A stretch of DNA of 59,314 nucleotides from a virus (taxonomy: Duplodnaviria; Caudoviricetes), in the IMG/VR virus record IMGVR_UViG_3300008267_000206, positions 1 through 59,314 of that record; one strand, given 5' to 3'. The notes below the pieces were generated by a model, which was not told where the DNA came from, ran no database searches, and saw only the letters and a program-made list of their open reading frames with translations. The translations under genes were made by a program, and so were the position numbers. Shown here one piece after another: positions 9,411-18,942 of this stretch (the stretch's first letter is position 1; each line of letters begins with the position of its first letter).

Positions 9411-9695
9411 TCACTCACCCAAATGTTCTTTAATAATTTTAAGACCTTCTTCAAAGTCTTTGAAGTCCCTGTCGGGAGCAAACAATAAAGAGTTGGGATT
9501 TTCTTCCGGTGATTCTACAATCATAAATGCCGGCACGTATTCGTTTTCTGTTATTTCAACAAATAAATCATATTCTTCTTGATATTCATCAATATCTCTT
9601 TCATAATAATCTATTTTATTTTCATCCAAGATTTTTTTAAAATCTACACAATGAGGACATCCATTCATTGTGTAGACTAATAATAATTTATCCAT
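9411..9695 (-). CDS. Glutaredoxin-like protein
   Basis: VYTMNGCPHC and YVPAF cis-Pro loop. Confidence 0.85.
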   Translation of the reverse strand: MDKLLLVYTMNGCPHCVDFKKILDENKIDYYERDIDEYQEEYDLFVEITENEYVPAFMIVESPEENPNSLLFAPDRDFKDFEEGLKIIKEHLGE

Positions 9696-10002
9696 TTATT
9701 AATTCTTTAACAAGGTTTTTTATTTGTTCTTCGTTTAATAACCCCACTTTAGTATCGATAACTTCACCCATATTGAAAGTTTTAATTGTGGGTACACTTC
9801 TGATTCCTAACGATAACGCAACCTCTCTGTTTAAGTCAACATCCATAGTATACATTTGAACATCTGATGTATTTTCTTTCGCAACCCTTTCAAAAGTAGG
9901 TTTCATTAATTTACAGGGACCGCACCAAAGTCCGTGGAAATCAATAATTAATTTCTCCCCATTATTTATTTTTTCCTGTAATTCTACACTAGTAATCTCC
10001 AT
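9688..10002 (-). CDS. trxA: Thioredoxin
   Basis: DFHGLWCGPCK, IRSVPT. Confidence 0.95.
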   Translation of the reverse strand: MEITSVELQEKINNGEKLIIDFHGLWCGPCKLMKPTFERVAKENTSDVQMYTMDVDLNREVALSLGIRSVPTIKTFNMGEVIDTKVGLLNEEQIKNLVKELING

Positions 10003-10003
10003 T

Positions 10004-10315
10004 TTATTTTATTTTTTTTATTGTGTTTATTAAATATTCTGAAACGTTTCTTCTATCAATTGTTGTTAATATAAATAGACTCCCACTATCATTTTGGTAA
10101 ATTAAAATACCTGTGGAATCATACTCACATAATCTTTCAATGAAAACGTTTTTGTTTAATTCGGGTTTAAATATGGATTTGAACCATATTAAATTATACT
10201 TATCCACAAAAGAATTAATCTTTTCAATTTGGTCATCGTGAATTTTAATTTCAAATACTGAAGGATAGTAATTAAACTTTTTGATAAATGTGTCTATACA
10301 ATTTTGTGGTATCAT
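10004..10315 (-). CDS. Hypothetical protein
   Basis: Tightly packed in operon. Confidence 0.7.
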   Translation of the reverse strand: MIPQNCIDTFIKKFNYYPSVFEIKIHDDQIEKINSFVDKYNLIWFKSIFKPELNKNVFIERLCEYDSTGILIYQNDSGSLFILTTIDRRNVSEYLINTIKKIK

Positions 10316-11983
10316 TTAAACTAAATAATAAATACTATCTTCTGAATTTTCAATATTATTATCCCATCTTATAATTGTAGAAGTTTCATTTTTTTGTATG
10401 ATTAACTCTCTTTTAAATTCTTTATTACCTTTTTTAGTTACTATGGTTTGGGGTTTTAATTTGTTATGTTTTGTTATATTGTTTAACATATCATCAAGTT
10501 CTCTTATAGGTTCATTCCATTCTTGAGGTAGTTGTTTATTGAACCTTCCCAAAGTTTGAACTCTATTAAATTTAAATGTTTCATTAATAAAAAGAATTCT
10601 ATATTCTATGGTTGCTCTATCCTGAGACTCTTTATTATCTTTCCTTAAAGAAATTACGAGCGATGTTGGTCTTTCAACATAACCTTTAACACAATTACTT
10701 TGAACCGCAGATTCTCTGTTATATTCTTTAGAATTTGTTAATAATACAGGATAGTAAACCTCTTTATCAAGGACTATTGGTTTATCTAATCCGTTTACCA
10801 ATTTTTCATCATAAGTTATTTCGTGTGTTGCGTGAGTATAAAAAGTATTTTTATCTGTCCAATCCAAATGTTCGTTTTGAAATTCATCGTATGTTTTGGA
10901 TAACCATTTAACTTCCTCAAATTTATTTAATGTTCTATAAAAAATAATATGGTCAATAAATGTTTGATGGTGAATTTTATTACTAATAACTAATTTGAAT
11001 ATTTCAAAAACGTTATCAAATTCTTTTTTTGTTTTGATAATTTTTTGAACAATTGGCGTATTGTAAAAAAATAAATCGTTATTTTCTAATATACTTTTAA
11101 GTAATAACTCATCCTGACTCAAAATGAAATCTTCTCCAAAAATTGTATAAACGGATATCAGATTAGTCGTGTTTAGTTTGTCAACTAAATGAATAACTTT
11201 TCTTAATTTCCTACCCTTTAAATTATTTACCAACATAAAACTATCAACGTATTTGAAATCATTTTTCTTATAATCAATCTTCTTTGGTTGTTTGTTATCA
11301 AATATCAAACTCAACCAATTGTTTGGTAATTTAACACCATTTTTATCCAAAAACATTTTATAAAATACATCATAATCATACCTAAAACCAGGAATTTTAT
11401 ATTTTTCAATATCAGGTATTGAATTTATAAAGGAATTTATAACCTCATCGACTATCTCGTGTCTTCTAAGCACTGATTCTTGGTCGACATAACTTAATGT
11501 TAAACTATTACTTAATTTGGTTTTAAAATTACTTATCGGGTCTCCATAAGTTAATATCCTATTTATTTTCTTTTTGAATTTTCTTTTTTTATGATAATCT
11601 TGTATATAACCTTCGTATAGAGCGTTATTTTTAAAATTATAAGTTAAAAAATAACACATAGTTGAAATTCTAAAATAGGGTTTTCCGACCTCCCTATTTC
11701 TGCGGTAAAGAAATTGTTTTATGGTGATTTTATTGTCTTTTTTAGTTACAACTATCGTTAATCTATTCTGGGCCACTGACGCAATCTTATTGGCGTAGTT
11801 TTCAACAAAAATATTTTCATCATCTGTAATTGATTTGTCAAATTCCCAAATAGGATGTTCTTTACTCCTAATTTGTTTTACACTAATAAAATCATCCAAG
11901 TTTTCCTCGGATGATAATGTACAAAAATTCTTGTAAAGACCTACGTAATAATACTTACCGGTAAATTTGAATATCTCACTCAT
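10316..11983 (-). CDS. PcfJ-like domain protein
   Basis: C-terminal L..SKEYNRESAVQSNCVKGY..ISLR..ATIE..QTLGRFN pattern. Confidence 0.7.
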   Translation of the reverse strand: MSEIFKFTGKYYYVGLYKNFCTLSSEENLDDFISVKQIRSKEHPIWEFDKSITDDENIFVENYANKIASVAQNRLTIVVTKKDNKITIKQFLYRRNREVGKPYFRISTMCYFLTYNFKNNALYEGYIQDYHKKRKFKKKINRILTYGDPISNFKTKLSNSLTLSYVDQESVLRRHEIVDEVINSFINSIPDIEKYKIPGFRYDYDVFYKMFLDKNGVKLPNNWLSLIFDNKQPKKIDYKKNDFKYVDSFMLVNNLKGRKLRKVIHLVDKLNTTNLISVYTIFGEDFILSQDELLLKSILENNDLFFYNTPIVQKIIKTKKEFDNVFEIFKLVISNKIHHQTFIDHIIFYRTLNKFEEVKWLSKTYDEFQNEHLDWTDKNTFYTHATHEITYDEKLVNGLDKPIVLDKEVYYPVLLTNSKEYNRESAVQSNCVKGYVERPTSLVISLRKDNKESQDRATIEYRILFINETFKFNRVQTLGRFNKQLPQEWNEPIRELDDMLNNITKHNKLKPQTIVTKKGNKEFKRELIIQKNETSTIIRWDNNIENSEDSIYYLV

Positions 11984-11994
11984 AAATTTAAAAT

Positions 11995-12024
11995 ATATGG
12001 CGAGAATTACCTCGCCATATTTTT
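11995..12024. terminator. Hairpin, probable terminator after DUF932 gene
   Basis: atatggcgag-aattac-ctcgccatat perfect 10-bp stem flanked by A/T runs. Confidence 0.75.
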
Positions 12025-12029
12025 AGTTA

Positions 12030-12782
12030 TTAATAATACAATTCCGCTAACTCCCAAAGTTTGGTATTGACTTGATTAACCGCCATAATGTTTTTTAAAC
12101 CTCTAAGTTCGGTTTTTTTACCATTATTAGACGTATATTTAACCCCACCTCTAACAAACTTTTCCTGAACAACATTAAACACACTCCATAAGTCATTACC
12201 ATTATCACCTTCTCTGTTAGGAACTAACAATTTGCTAGGTTCTAAACTTGCCGGAACTGAACCAACTTTCCATCTTAATTTTGTGGCCTCTCTAACAAAA
12301 GATACTTTTTCAGATTCATCCATTGTTTTTGACATCATTTTTTCAACTGAATTCTGAATCATCGGTAATTTAGCCGCAAAACTTTCTGTTAATCTTTTAA
12401 CATCATCAAGTTCAAAGTTTTTGTGTCTAATTTTAAATGAATCCGCAACACTTGTTGGTACGGTTAAACCATTTGAACATACTAATCTATGTAAACCTGC
12501 CGATACTGAAAAGGTAGTTAAACCATTATGAGAGTTTTTAATAACCGCCTCAACCAAAGAGTCTCCAACTTTTGGTAATTCTCCATTACGGAATCTTAAC
12601 TCGTGCATTGAATATATTCCTTTTCCTGATTGTCTAGCGGTTGATAATTCCCACCCTTCTCTTTGGAAATTTTCCATAATTTCATAGGTTGGGACGAACA
12701 CATATCTATCCGACATTTTTGGTGATTGTGTTGTTGTGAAGATTGACGGAACGTTTTGTTTTAGTGTTTCTAATGTTATCAT
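12030..12782 (-). CDS. DUF932/DUF945 family protein
   Basis: SDRYVFVPT, NSHNG, RLVCSNGL, DLWSVFNVVQE, NTKLWELA. Confidence 0.88.
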   Translation of the reverse strand: MITLETLKQNVPSIFTTTQSPKMSDRYVFVPTYEIMENFQREGWELSTARQSGKGIYSMHELRFRNGELPKVGDSLVEAVIKNSHNGLTTFSVSAGLHRLVCSNGLTVPTSVADSFKIRHKNFELDDVKRLTESFAAKLPMIQNSVEKMMSKTMDESEKVSFVREATKLRWKVGSVPASLEPSKLLVPNREGDNGNDLWSVFNVVQEKFVRGGVKYTSNNGKKTELRGLKNIMAVNQVNTKLWELAELYY

Positions 12783-12805
12783 ATTATTGTGTTTTAATTA
12801 TAATA

Positions 12806-12837
12806 CAAAGATATGAAATATATTTGAATCTGCCAAA
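12806..12837 (-). promoter_or_regulatory. Bacteroidota primary-sigma promoter
   Basis: TTTG-N20-TATCTTTG upstream of ATG 12782. Confidence 0.8.
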
Positions 12838-12852
12838 TTTTTTAAATAAAAA

Positions 12853-13143
12853 TTAATTTAGACAAATTTTACCGAATTTGGTGTTTTGGAATATCTCCTC
12901 TAAATCAACTACTTTAGGGATTAGATTGTCGTTTCTATGTAAAGAAACAATTATTTCGATGACTTGTTCTCTTTTTAAAGACGCTTCGCCATCTTTTTCA
13001 AAATTTTTTTCACATTGTTCTCTTATTTTTTGAAAAAAGATGTCCTTATCGATTTTACCTATTAATTCTGTTAGTTCTTTTGGGTTCTTATCAAAGAACC
13101 CAATAAACTGATTCATATAGATATCGATTTCGATGTTTTTCAT
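12853..13143 (-). CDS. Hypothetical protein
   Basis: 96-aa ORF ending TKFGKICLN. Confidence 0.75.
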   Translation of the reverse strand: MKNIEIDIYMNQFIGFFDKNPKELTELIGKIDKDIFFQKIREQCEKNFEKDGEASLKREQVIEIIVSLHRNDNLIPKVVDLEEIFQNTKFGKICLN

Positions 13144-13160
13144 ACGAAATTTTTTTTTGA

Positions 13161-14540
13161 TTATAATACTGAATAAAATCCTGCCCCGTTGTCTTCTAAA
13201 ATATCTTTTAAACTTTCAGGTATTTTAACATTAGGATTAGAATTTTTCAAATTAAGCATTGTCAAATTTTTAAGATTTTTAATTGACTCAGGTATTGATT
13301 CTAAATCTTTATTATCAGGTAAAGATATAAATGCTAAGTTAGGTAAGTTACCAATAGATTCAGGTACGGTTTTAACCATATTCTGTAATAATATTGTATG
13401 TAAATCTTTAAATTGAGATATCTCATCAGGAACATCTAACGCAATGTTTTCTTTACTCTTATTAATAATATTTAAAGTTTTAATATCTTTAGGTAAAGAT
13501 TTGAATAAATCATCAAATCCGTATAATGCAACGAATTTACCGGCAGAACTTTCAGGGTAAATAATTTCTACCTTTGTCCCTCCTTTAGTAGTTAATCCTT
13601 TGGCAAATTCGTCTTTGAATAAAGGTTTTAACTCTGGAGCTTTTTTATTTAAGAACTCAACTAAATTAATTTGATGGTCATCTCTATCCATAAATTGAGC
13701 ATCTTGGAAATGGAATTGATATCTTTCTTTAGGTAACCCCGTTCTTTTACCTACCTCTCCTTTGTCATCGTTAGGAAATACAACGTATAGTGGACCTTTA
13801 GCTATGTATCTGTCAAACCAATTTAAACCTGGAGATGATGTACACCATTCAGTTTCACCATTTCTATGGTCTTTATATCCACCATACCATATTGCCGCAT
13901 CTTTACCAGCAGGTCCTGGGTCACTAATTTTAATTAATGTCCAATCTGTGCCTTGATAAAGAATTTCAGAACCTTTGTGCGAGAATCCTTCTCTAGACTT
14001 TTTAGCCTCTTTCTTTTCAGTTTCTATCCTTTTCTTTTCGGGTAATTGGAAATTAGCAAAAATATCAAATAAATCTTCGATTGATAACTTACCAATATCT
14101 CTTTTTTCTAATGGAAGGTATTGTTTAGCTTTAGTATAAAACTCTAATCTTTCAGTTTGTTTATATAAATCTTCTAAGAATAATCTTTCAAATTCTTTTC
14201 TTGCCGTTTTATATTGTGGTGATTTAGGGTCTAAAGTCATTAATGGGTGGTCAGCACCTAAAGTAGGTTTGACGAAGTTTTTTAATAACCATTGGGTATA
14301 GTTACCAACTTTTACTTTCTCCATATCTTGAACATTAGCTCCGTCAATATCGAAATTTTCAGGCGCCTTTGACGTTGGGTCGGCCATAATGATTCTTTTT
14401 AAGACATCAAAATCCATTAATCCTTTGGCCGGTTTATCTCCTTCAGTTTTTTTCTGAGGAGCTTTAACCATTTTGTCGTATAAAACTTGGAATCTAGAAT
14501 TCTCAACTATTAGTTTTGATAATAAAGATGTAATTTTCAT
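13161..14540 (-). CDS. Protein with central WCT motif and C-terminal leucine-rich repeats
   Basis: TEWCTS..FDRY..GPLY..YQFHF..FMD; LRRs VPESIGNLPNLAFISL / IPESIKNLKNLTMLNL. Confidence 0.75.
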   Translation of the reverse strand: MKITSLLSKLIVENSRFQVLYDKMVKAPQKKTEGDKPAKGLMDFDVLKRIIMADPTSKAPENFDIDGANVQDMEKVKVGNYTQWLLKNFVKPTLGADHPLMTLDPKSPQYKTARKEFERLFLEDLYKQTERLEFYTKAKQYLPLEKRDIGKLSIEDLFDIFANFQLPEKKRIETEKKEAKKSREGFSHKGSEILYQGTDWTLIKISDPGPAGKDAAIWYGGYKDHRNGETEWCTSSPGLNWFDRYIAKGPLYVVFPNDDKGEVGKRTGLPKERYQFHFQDAQFMDRDDHQINLVEFLNKKAPELKPLFKDEFAKGLTTKGGTKVEIIYPESSAGKFVALYGFDDLFKSLPKDIKTLNIINKSKENIALDVPDEISQFKDLHTILLQNMVKTVPESIGNLPNLAFISLPDNKDLESIPESIKNLKNLTMLNLKNSNPNVKIPESLKDILEDNGAGFYSVL

Positions 14541-14556
14541 TTTAAGATTTTTATTT

Positions 14557-14563
14557 ATAAATA
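14557..14563 (-). promoter_or_regulatory. TATTTAT putative late promoter (within palindrome TATTTATAAATA)
   Basis: 16 nt upstream of ATG 14540. Confidence 0.55.
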
Positions 14564-14590
14564 TTTCGTTTTTTGAAATTGTTTGGACTA

Positions 14591-14621
14591 CAAAGTTAAA
14601 TATTTTATAATTAAAAACAAA
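14591..14621 (-). promoter_or_regulatory. Bacteroidota primary-sigma promoter
   Basis: TTTG-N19-TAACTTTG. Confidence 0.65.
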
Positions 14622-14623
14622 AT

Positions 14624-15472
14624 TTAATTCATTATTAGTAATTCCGTTCCAACATTTTGTGTTTTACCTTTTTTAGCAGCGGCCGCCTTAACAAAATCTT
14701 TACTCTCCCATCTATAATCAGTTTTAGGAAACCATTCGTGTAACAAATCAAACTCATAATAAGATAAAGAAAATTTACCTTTAATATTCTTTAGAGTATT
14801 GGCCAGTCTTTCGTGGTCATTTCTACCAAATTCGTGATTAGAATAATAATTTCCTTCTCCCACTACGTAATAGGGGGGGTCAGTATAAAAATAAGTTTTT
14901 GGTGAATCGTATTTTTCAATGACCTCTTGAAAGTCCATATTTTCAACATTAGTTATTGATTCAAACATTCTTTGCCACTTAGGATTTTTTAATTTATTTT
15001 TAAAGGACGTGAATTTTGAATGGTATTTACCTTTCAAATCTATAAACTTTGATTTTGATGGATTTGCCCCTGAGAATACTTGAGTTAGTATGTAAACGTA
15101 TTTAGCCGCAATCTCATAATTAGGTTCGTCCCCAATAACCAAATTTTCAGAATATAGTTCTCTTTGAAAATTATTAAAGTTCTGTTCACATATCGGATTA
15201 GTAGGTGTTACGTCTTTTTGTTGTACAATCAACCTTTCACACTCCTCTAACAATCTTTGATGATTACTAATACATTTATACAAATTATAATTTAAAGGGT
15301 TAAAGTCGTTATATACTATTTTTTTTAGGTTAGGATACTCCTCTAAATTCATCCCAAAGAATATCCAAAATTGACCTGAGAATGGTTCAACATAAGTCTC
15401 AATATCTTTAGGTATAAAAGGAACTATAAATGTTTGCATTTTGCTTTTACCACCAATATAACTAATACACAT
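14624..15472 (-). CDS. dam: Second Dam-like D12-class adenine methyltransferase
   Basis: YIGGKS, YVEPFSG, YNDFN, YTDPPY. Confidence 0.92.
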   Translation of the reverse strand: MCISYIGGKSKMQTFIVPFIPKDIETYVEPFSGQFWIFFGMNLEEYPNLKKIVYNDFNPLNYNLYKCISNHQRLLEECERLIVQQKDVTPTNPICEQNFNNFQRELYSENLVIGDEPNYEIAAKYVYILTQVFSGANPSKSKFIDLKGKYHSKFTSFKNKLKNPKWQRMFESITNVENMDFQEVIEKYDSPKTYFYTDPPYYVVGEGNYYSNHEFGRNDHERLANTLKNIKGKFSLSYYEFDLLHEWFPKTDYRWESKDFVKAAAAKKGKTQNVGTELLIMN

Positions 15473-15569
15473 ATTATCTTTTTTATTTAAAATATAGGGG
15501 TTTTAAAACTCAGAAACAATATTACTTTGACTTATTTTTAATTTTTATCTATTATTAAACTAAAAACAT

Positions 15570-15704
15570 ATGGAAAATAAGAATTGTAAAAAGTGTAATA
15601 ATACGGGATTAAAACTTCGTCATTGGTTGGTTGTGATATTATCTTTCTATCTTTTATTCTCCTCGATATACGGTACAATTAAATTGTTTAAGGATTTCTT
15701 TTGA
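15570..15704 (+). CDS. 44-aa single-TM protein with CxxC, not in ORF track
   Basis: Hand-translated MENKNCKKCNNTGLKLRHWLVVILSFYLLFSSIYGTIKLFKDFF*; A-rich leader. Confidence 0.65.
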   Translation: MENKNCKKCNNTGLKLRHWLVVILSFYLLFSSIYGTIKLFKDFF

Positions 15705-16623
15705 ATTTAACATATAATTTAATGAAAAGGTCTCCAACTCCATTAGTTTTAAATCCTTTGGATTTAACTCTTAATGGTTTTGAACTATCAAAATCTACAG
15801 GTAATTTAATTGACAAATTACCGTCAGGATGAGGTATTGTTATATTTTCTTTACCTAAATCATCTAAATTTAAAAAACAATTATAAATTAAATCATTTCC
15901 TTCTTTATCAAAGTCGGATTCTGAATAAAGATTAAACTTTACTATCAAGTTTCCATAAACGCCCTTTATAAAATCTCCTTTACCATTTAATTTGAACATT
16001 TGTCCGTTATCTATTCCGTGAGGTATTTTAATTTTAATTGTTTCCATATTAGTTTTAGTGCTCTCACCATTACAAGAATAACATTTGGTTTTAAATTTAA
16101 ATCCTTCACCTTTACAATCATTACAAGCGTGTCTTACAACCTGAGTAAAAAATCCTCCTCCCATTCTTCTTTCAAAGAATCCGTTACCTCCACAAGTAAT
16201 ACAAATATCTTTTTCACCGCCATTTCCATTACAAATATTACAAGATATTTTTCTACTAAATGTTATTTCTTTATCGATTGACTTATAAGATTCTACTATC
16301 CCAATATTAACCTCAACTATTTTATCTGGAACCACATTTCTTCTTTGTCCTGCAAAATGTTGATTAAAAAAGTCTTCAAATGGATTACTGAATCCCCCTC
16401 CTTGGTTATTAAAAAATGGATTATTTTTTCTATTATCGTATTCTCTTCTTTTGTTTTCGTCTCCAATATTTTCATAAGCCTCGCTAATTTTTTTAAAATA
16501 TTCTTCTGAACCTCCTTTATCGGGATGATGTTCTATTGCCTTTTTTCTATAAGCCCTTTTTATTTCATCTTGACTTGCGTTTTCAGAAACTCCAAGTATT
16601 TCATAAAAATTTTCACTTCCCAT
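15688..16623 (-). CDS. dnaJ: DnaJ chaperone (class A architecture)
   Basis: J domain with HPD, G/F linker, four CxxCxG motifs, C-terminal domain. Confidence 0.95.
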   Translation of the reverse strand: MGSENFYEILGVSENASQDEIKRAYRKKAIEHHPDKGGSEEYFKKISEAYENIGDENKRREYDNRKNNPFFNNQGGGFSNPFEDFFNQHFAGQRRNVVPDKIVEVNIGIVESYKSIDKEITFSRKISCNICNGNGGEKDICITCGGNGFFERRMGGGFFTQVVRHACNDCKGEGFKFKTKCYSCNGESTKTNMETIKIKIPHGIDNGQMFKLNGKGDFIKGVYGNLIVKFNLYSESDFDKEGNDLIYNCFLNLDDLGKENITIPHPDGNLSIKLPVDFDSSKPLRVKSKGFKTNGVGDLFIKLYVKFKRNP

Positions 16624-16656
16624 TTACTTATTTTAATATTTTTAAATTATTTGTTT

Positions 16657-17298
16657 ATGACACAAAATTATAGTGTAGTTTTATTTAAAAATAAAATAAA
16701 AAAGAAAATAATCAATAAATTTAAAACCGATAAGAAATGTTATAGTTTTTTTAAAACTTTAATTGATAAATCTAATTCAATTAAATTTGAAAGGAAATAC
16801 GAAAATGGGTATGAAGTAAATTATAACTTGTGTGTATTGGAACCTAAGAAAATTGTTTCAGATAAATTATATTATAAAGACGATTTTGGTAGACAAATAA
16901 AAGTCGAATTTGATGATGATGATTTTGTAATCACTAAAATTGAAAACTATAAGGTTGAAGAATTCATAATGGATTATAAAACCAAAAAGAAGCTTTCATT
17001 TGATTCGTTTTTTAAACGATTAAGTTCGATTAATGGTTTTAAATTAATATCTAAGTTGAACAATAAGATTGTTGTTCAAGTAGATGATGATTATAGATTA
17101 TACGTGTTAAAAAACGTTTTTGATTGTGATAGATTTGCCGATGTTTTATATAGAGAATCAATGTCTTTAGGTAGATCCGATTTTTTAATCGTTAAGGATT
17201 ATAATACAAATCAACGGAAATATCTTTACGACATTTTAGTTGATAAGGGGTTTTCTAAGACTTATCTTCAGAGGTTGTCAACAACTCATCTTCAATAA
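16657..17298 (+). CDS. Hypothetical protein (start revised to ATG 16657)
   Basis: MTQNYSVVLF start avoids overlap with dnaJ. Confidence 0.7.
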   Translation: MTQNYSVVLFKNKIKKKIINKFKTDKKCYSFFKTLIDKSNSIKFERKYENGYEVNYNLCVLEPKKIVSDKLYYKDDFGRQIKVEFDDDDFVITKIENYKVEEFIMDYKTKKKLSFDSFFKRLSSINGFKLISKLNNKIVVQVDDDYRLYVLKNVFDCDRFADVLYRESMSLGRSDFLIVKDYNTNQRKYLYDILVDKGFSKTYLQRLSTTHLQ

Positions 17299-17506
17299 AA
17301 ATTATTTCAACTCCTGACATATCTACGTTAAATCTTTTTATACTGGTATCATAATTTTCAAATTGTAGTTTAGCATTTTGAAAATCATTTTTATTTAATT
17401 CAAACACTATCATTTTTTTACCATCAGAATAAATTTTTTCTACTTGATCTGATAATATCGCTAATCGCTCTACTAAAACGCTAACACTTTTTTTATTCTT
17501 TGCCAT
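17255..17506 (-). CDS. Hypothetical protein
   Basis: Last of a run of overlapping minus-strand ORFs. Confidence 0.65.
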   Translation of the reverse strand: MAKNKKSVSVLVERLAILSDQVEKIYSDGKKMIVFELNKNDFQNAKLQFENYDTSIKRFNVDMSGVEIIFIEDELLTTSEDKS

Positions 17507-17661
17507 AAAGTTAATTTTTTTGGTTTTTGTGGTAAAATATCTTCTTTTTTATATTTTTTAATTTCATTGATGAATTTATCTCTTTCATTTAAAATCCAAA
17601 CTTCATCTTTACTAATTTCATTTTTCAACCACTCCTGTGGTTCTAAGTTCTTCTTCTCCAT
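17473..17661 (-). CDS. Hypothetical small basic protein
   Basis: Ends in amphipathic LTLWQRIKKVLAF. Confidence 0.6.
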   Translation of the reverse strand: MEKKNLEPQEWLKNEISKDEVWILNERDKFINEIKKYKKEDILPQKPKKLTLWQRIKKVLAF

Positions 17662-18046
17662 CTTCTAACTCAATTTTTTTGGCTTTGACATCAAATTTCA
17701 AGGTTTGTAAATTTTTTAGTGTTTGTTTTTCAAATAATCCTTTAAGTTCTTCAACTTTTTCATTAAAAAGTCTTTCTTTTTGTTCTCTCTCTAAGTTATA
17801 ACTAATCACATTTTTAATGTTTTTAGATGTTAGTTCAACTTCATCTTCAGAAATTTCTGACACAAAGGATATCAATCTCTCATCAGGGTTTTGAGATTGG
17901 TGTTCCATTACCTTATCTTCTTGGACGAACTTTTTAGGTAATTTCCAATTTTTGGGGAAACTAACATCAAAACTCAAGTGTGTTTTTATTTTTCTTACCG
18001 ATTGTAAATAAGGTAGCAATGCGGAAAACTCTTTATATAGACTCAT
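17618..18046 (-). CDS. Hypothetical protein
   Basis: Operon-packed ORF. Confidence 0.75.
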   Translation of the reverse strand: MSLYKEFSALLPYLQSVRKIKTHLSFDVSFPKNWKLPKKFVQEDKVMEHQSQNPDERLISFVSEISEDEVELTSKNIKNVISYNLEREQKERLFNEKVEELKGLFEKQTLKNLQTLKFDVKAKKIELEDGEEELRTTGVVEK

Positions 18047-18047
18047 T

Positions 18048-18236
18048 TTATTTTGATAAAATATATGTTAAAAAATAGGATGTTGATAGTCCTATTAAAA
18101 GTAGTTCCTTACTACTGATTACCATTTTTTGTGGCGGATTTTGTAATAAGGAACTAATAAATTTAAAAACCATTCTCAAAATAATCAACGTTGAGAATAT
18201 AAATATAAATAAAAATATTTGGTTATAATTTATCAT
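18048..18236 (-). CDS. Small two-TM membrane protein
   Basis: Two hydrophobic segments. Confidence 0.7.
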   Translation of the reverse strand: MINYNQIFLFIFIFSTLIILRMVFKFISSLLQNPPQKMVISSKELLLIGLSTSYFLTYILSK

Positions 18237-18413
18237 TTATTTTTCGGTTTTTCTATGTTCCAAAATTTCTTTTCTAAGTCCTTGTAATAAATCTTTTAGA
18301 TCTTGGCAAGTTTTTCTCGCTCTAGTTCCAGCACTTTTATTACCATTAAAAAATTTTGTGGCGTCAACAGATAATTCTTCTGTTAATGTTTTGATTTTTT
18401 CTAGTGTTTCCAT
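18237..18413 (-). CDS. Hc1 / histone H1-like protein (58 aa), not in ORF track
   Basis: Hand-translated METLEKIKTLTEELSVDATKFFNGNKSAGTRARKTCQDLKDLLQGLRKEILEHRKTEK*; GNK.AGTRARK signature. Confidence 0.85.
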   Translation of the reverse strand: METLEKIKTLTEELSVDATKFFNGNKSAGTRARKTCQDLKDLLQGLRKEILEHRKTEK

Positions 18414-18471
18414 TTTAAATTAATCTTAGTTTATTTATGTAATTATAATATAGTATCTATTTTTTTTAATG

Positions 18472-18942
18472 TCAACATTTACTCATACTTTTATCCAAAC
18501 ATTTATATATAACCAATATCATATCTAAGTCGGATTTGGTAAAAGGTTTGTTTAAATCGAAAATATCGTTAAAAAAATTGGATACAGATTTCTTAACTAT
18601 TTCGTCTTTTTGGTTATAAAAAACATCTTCAAAAAATTGTTTAAAGTATTCATAATGATCACCTTTTTTATTAAATTGAATTTTTTCTTTTTTAAAGTTA
18701 GAAATTACCTTATTCCAGCACCAATCGAAATGTCTTTCATTATCTTCTTTAGATAAGTTTATTTTAGTTTCGTTAGTTTTTAATTCGTCCCCTAAATATG
18801 TATCTATAATTGTAATATTTAAAGAATGGGAAAAATCTGAGAAGAGTTCTAACTTTTCAGGTATTATATTATTAACCCTGAACCATATATCGACATCTTC
18901 AGGGTTTAGTGGTTTTGTTACGTAATTAAAAAAATTCTCCAT
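18472..18942 (-). CDS. Hypothetical protein
   Basis: 156-aa ORF. Confidence 0.75.
   Translation of the reverse strand: MENFFNYVTKPLNPEDVDIWFRVNNIIPEKLELFSDFSHSLNITIIDTYLGDELKTNETKINLSKEDNERHFDWCWNKVISNFKKEKIQFNKKGDHYEYFKQFFEDVFYNQKDEIVKKSVSNFFNDIFDLNKPFTKSDLDMILVIYKCLDKSMSKC

Noticed and set aside
16525-16656. Track start of the 257-aa ORF
   Set aside because: Overlaps dnaJ head-to-head; ATG 16657 is more plausible
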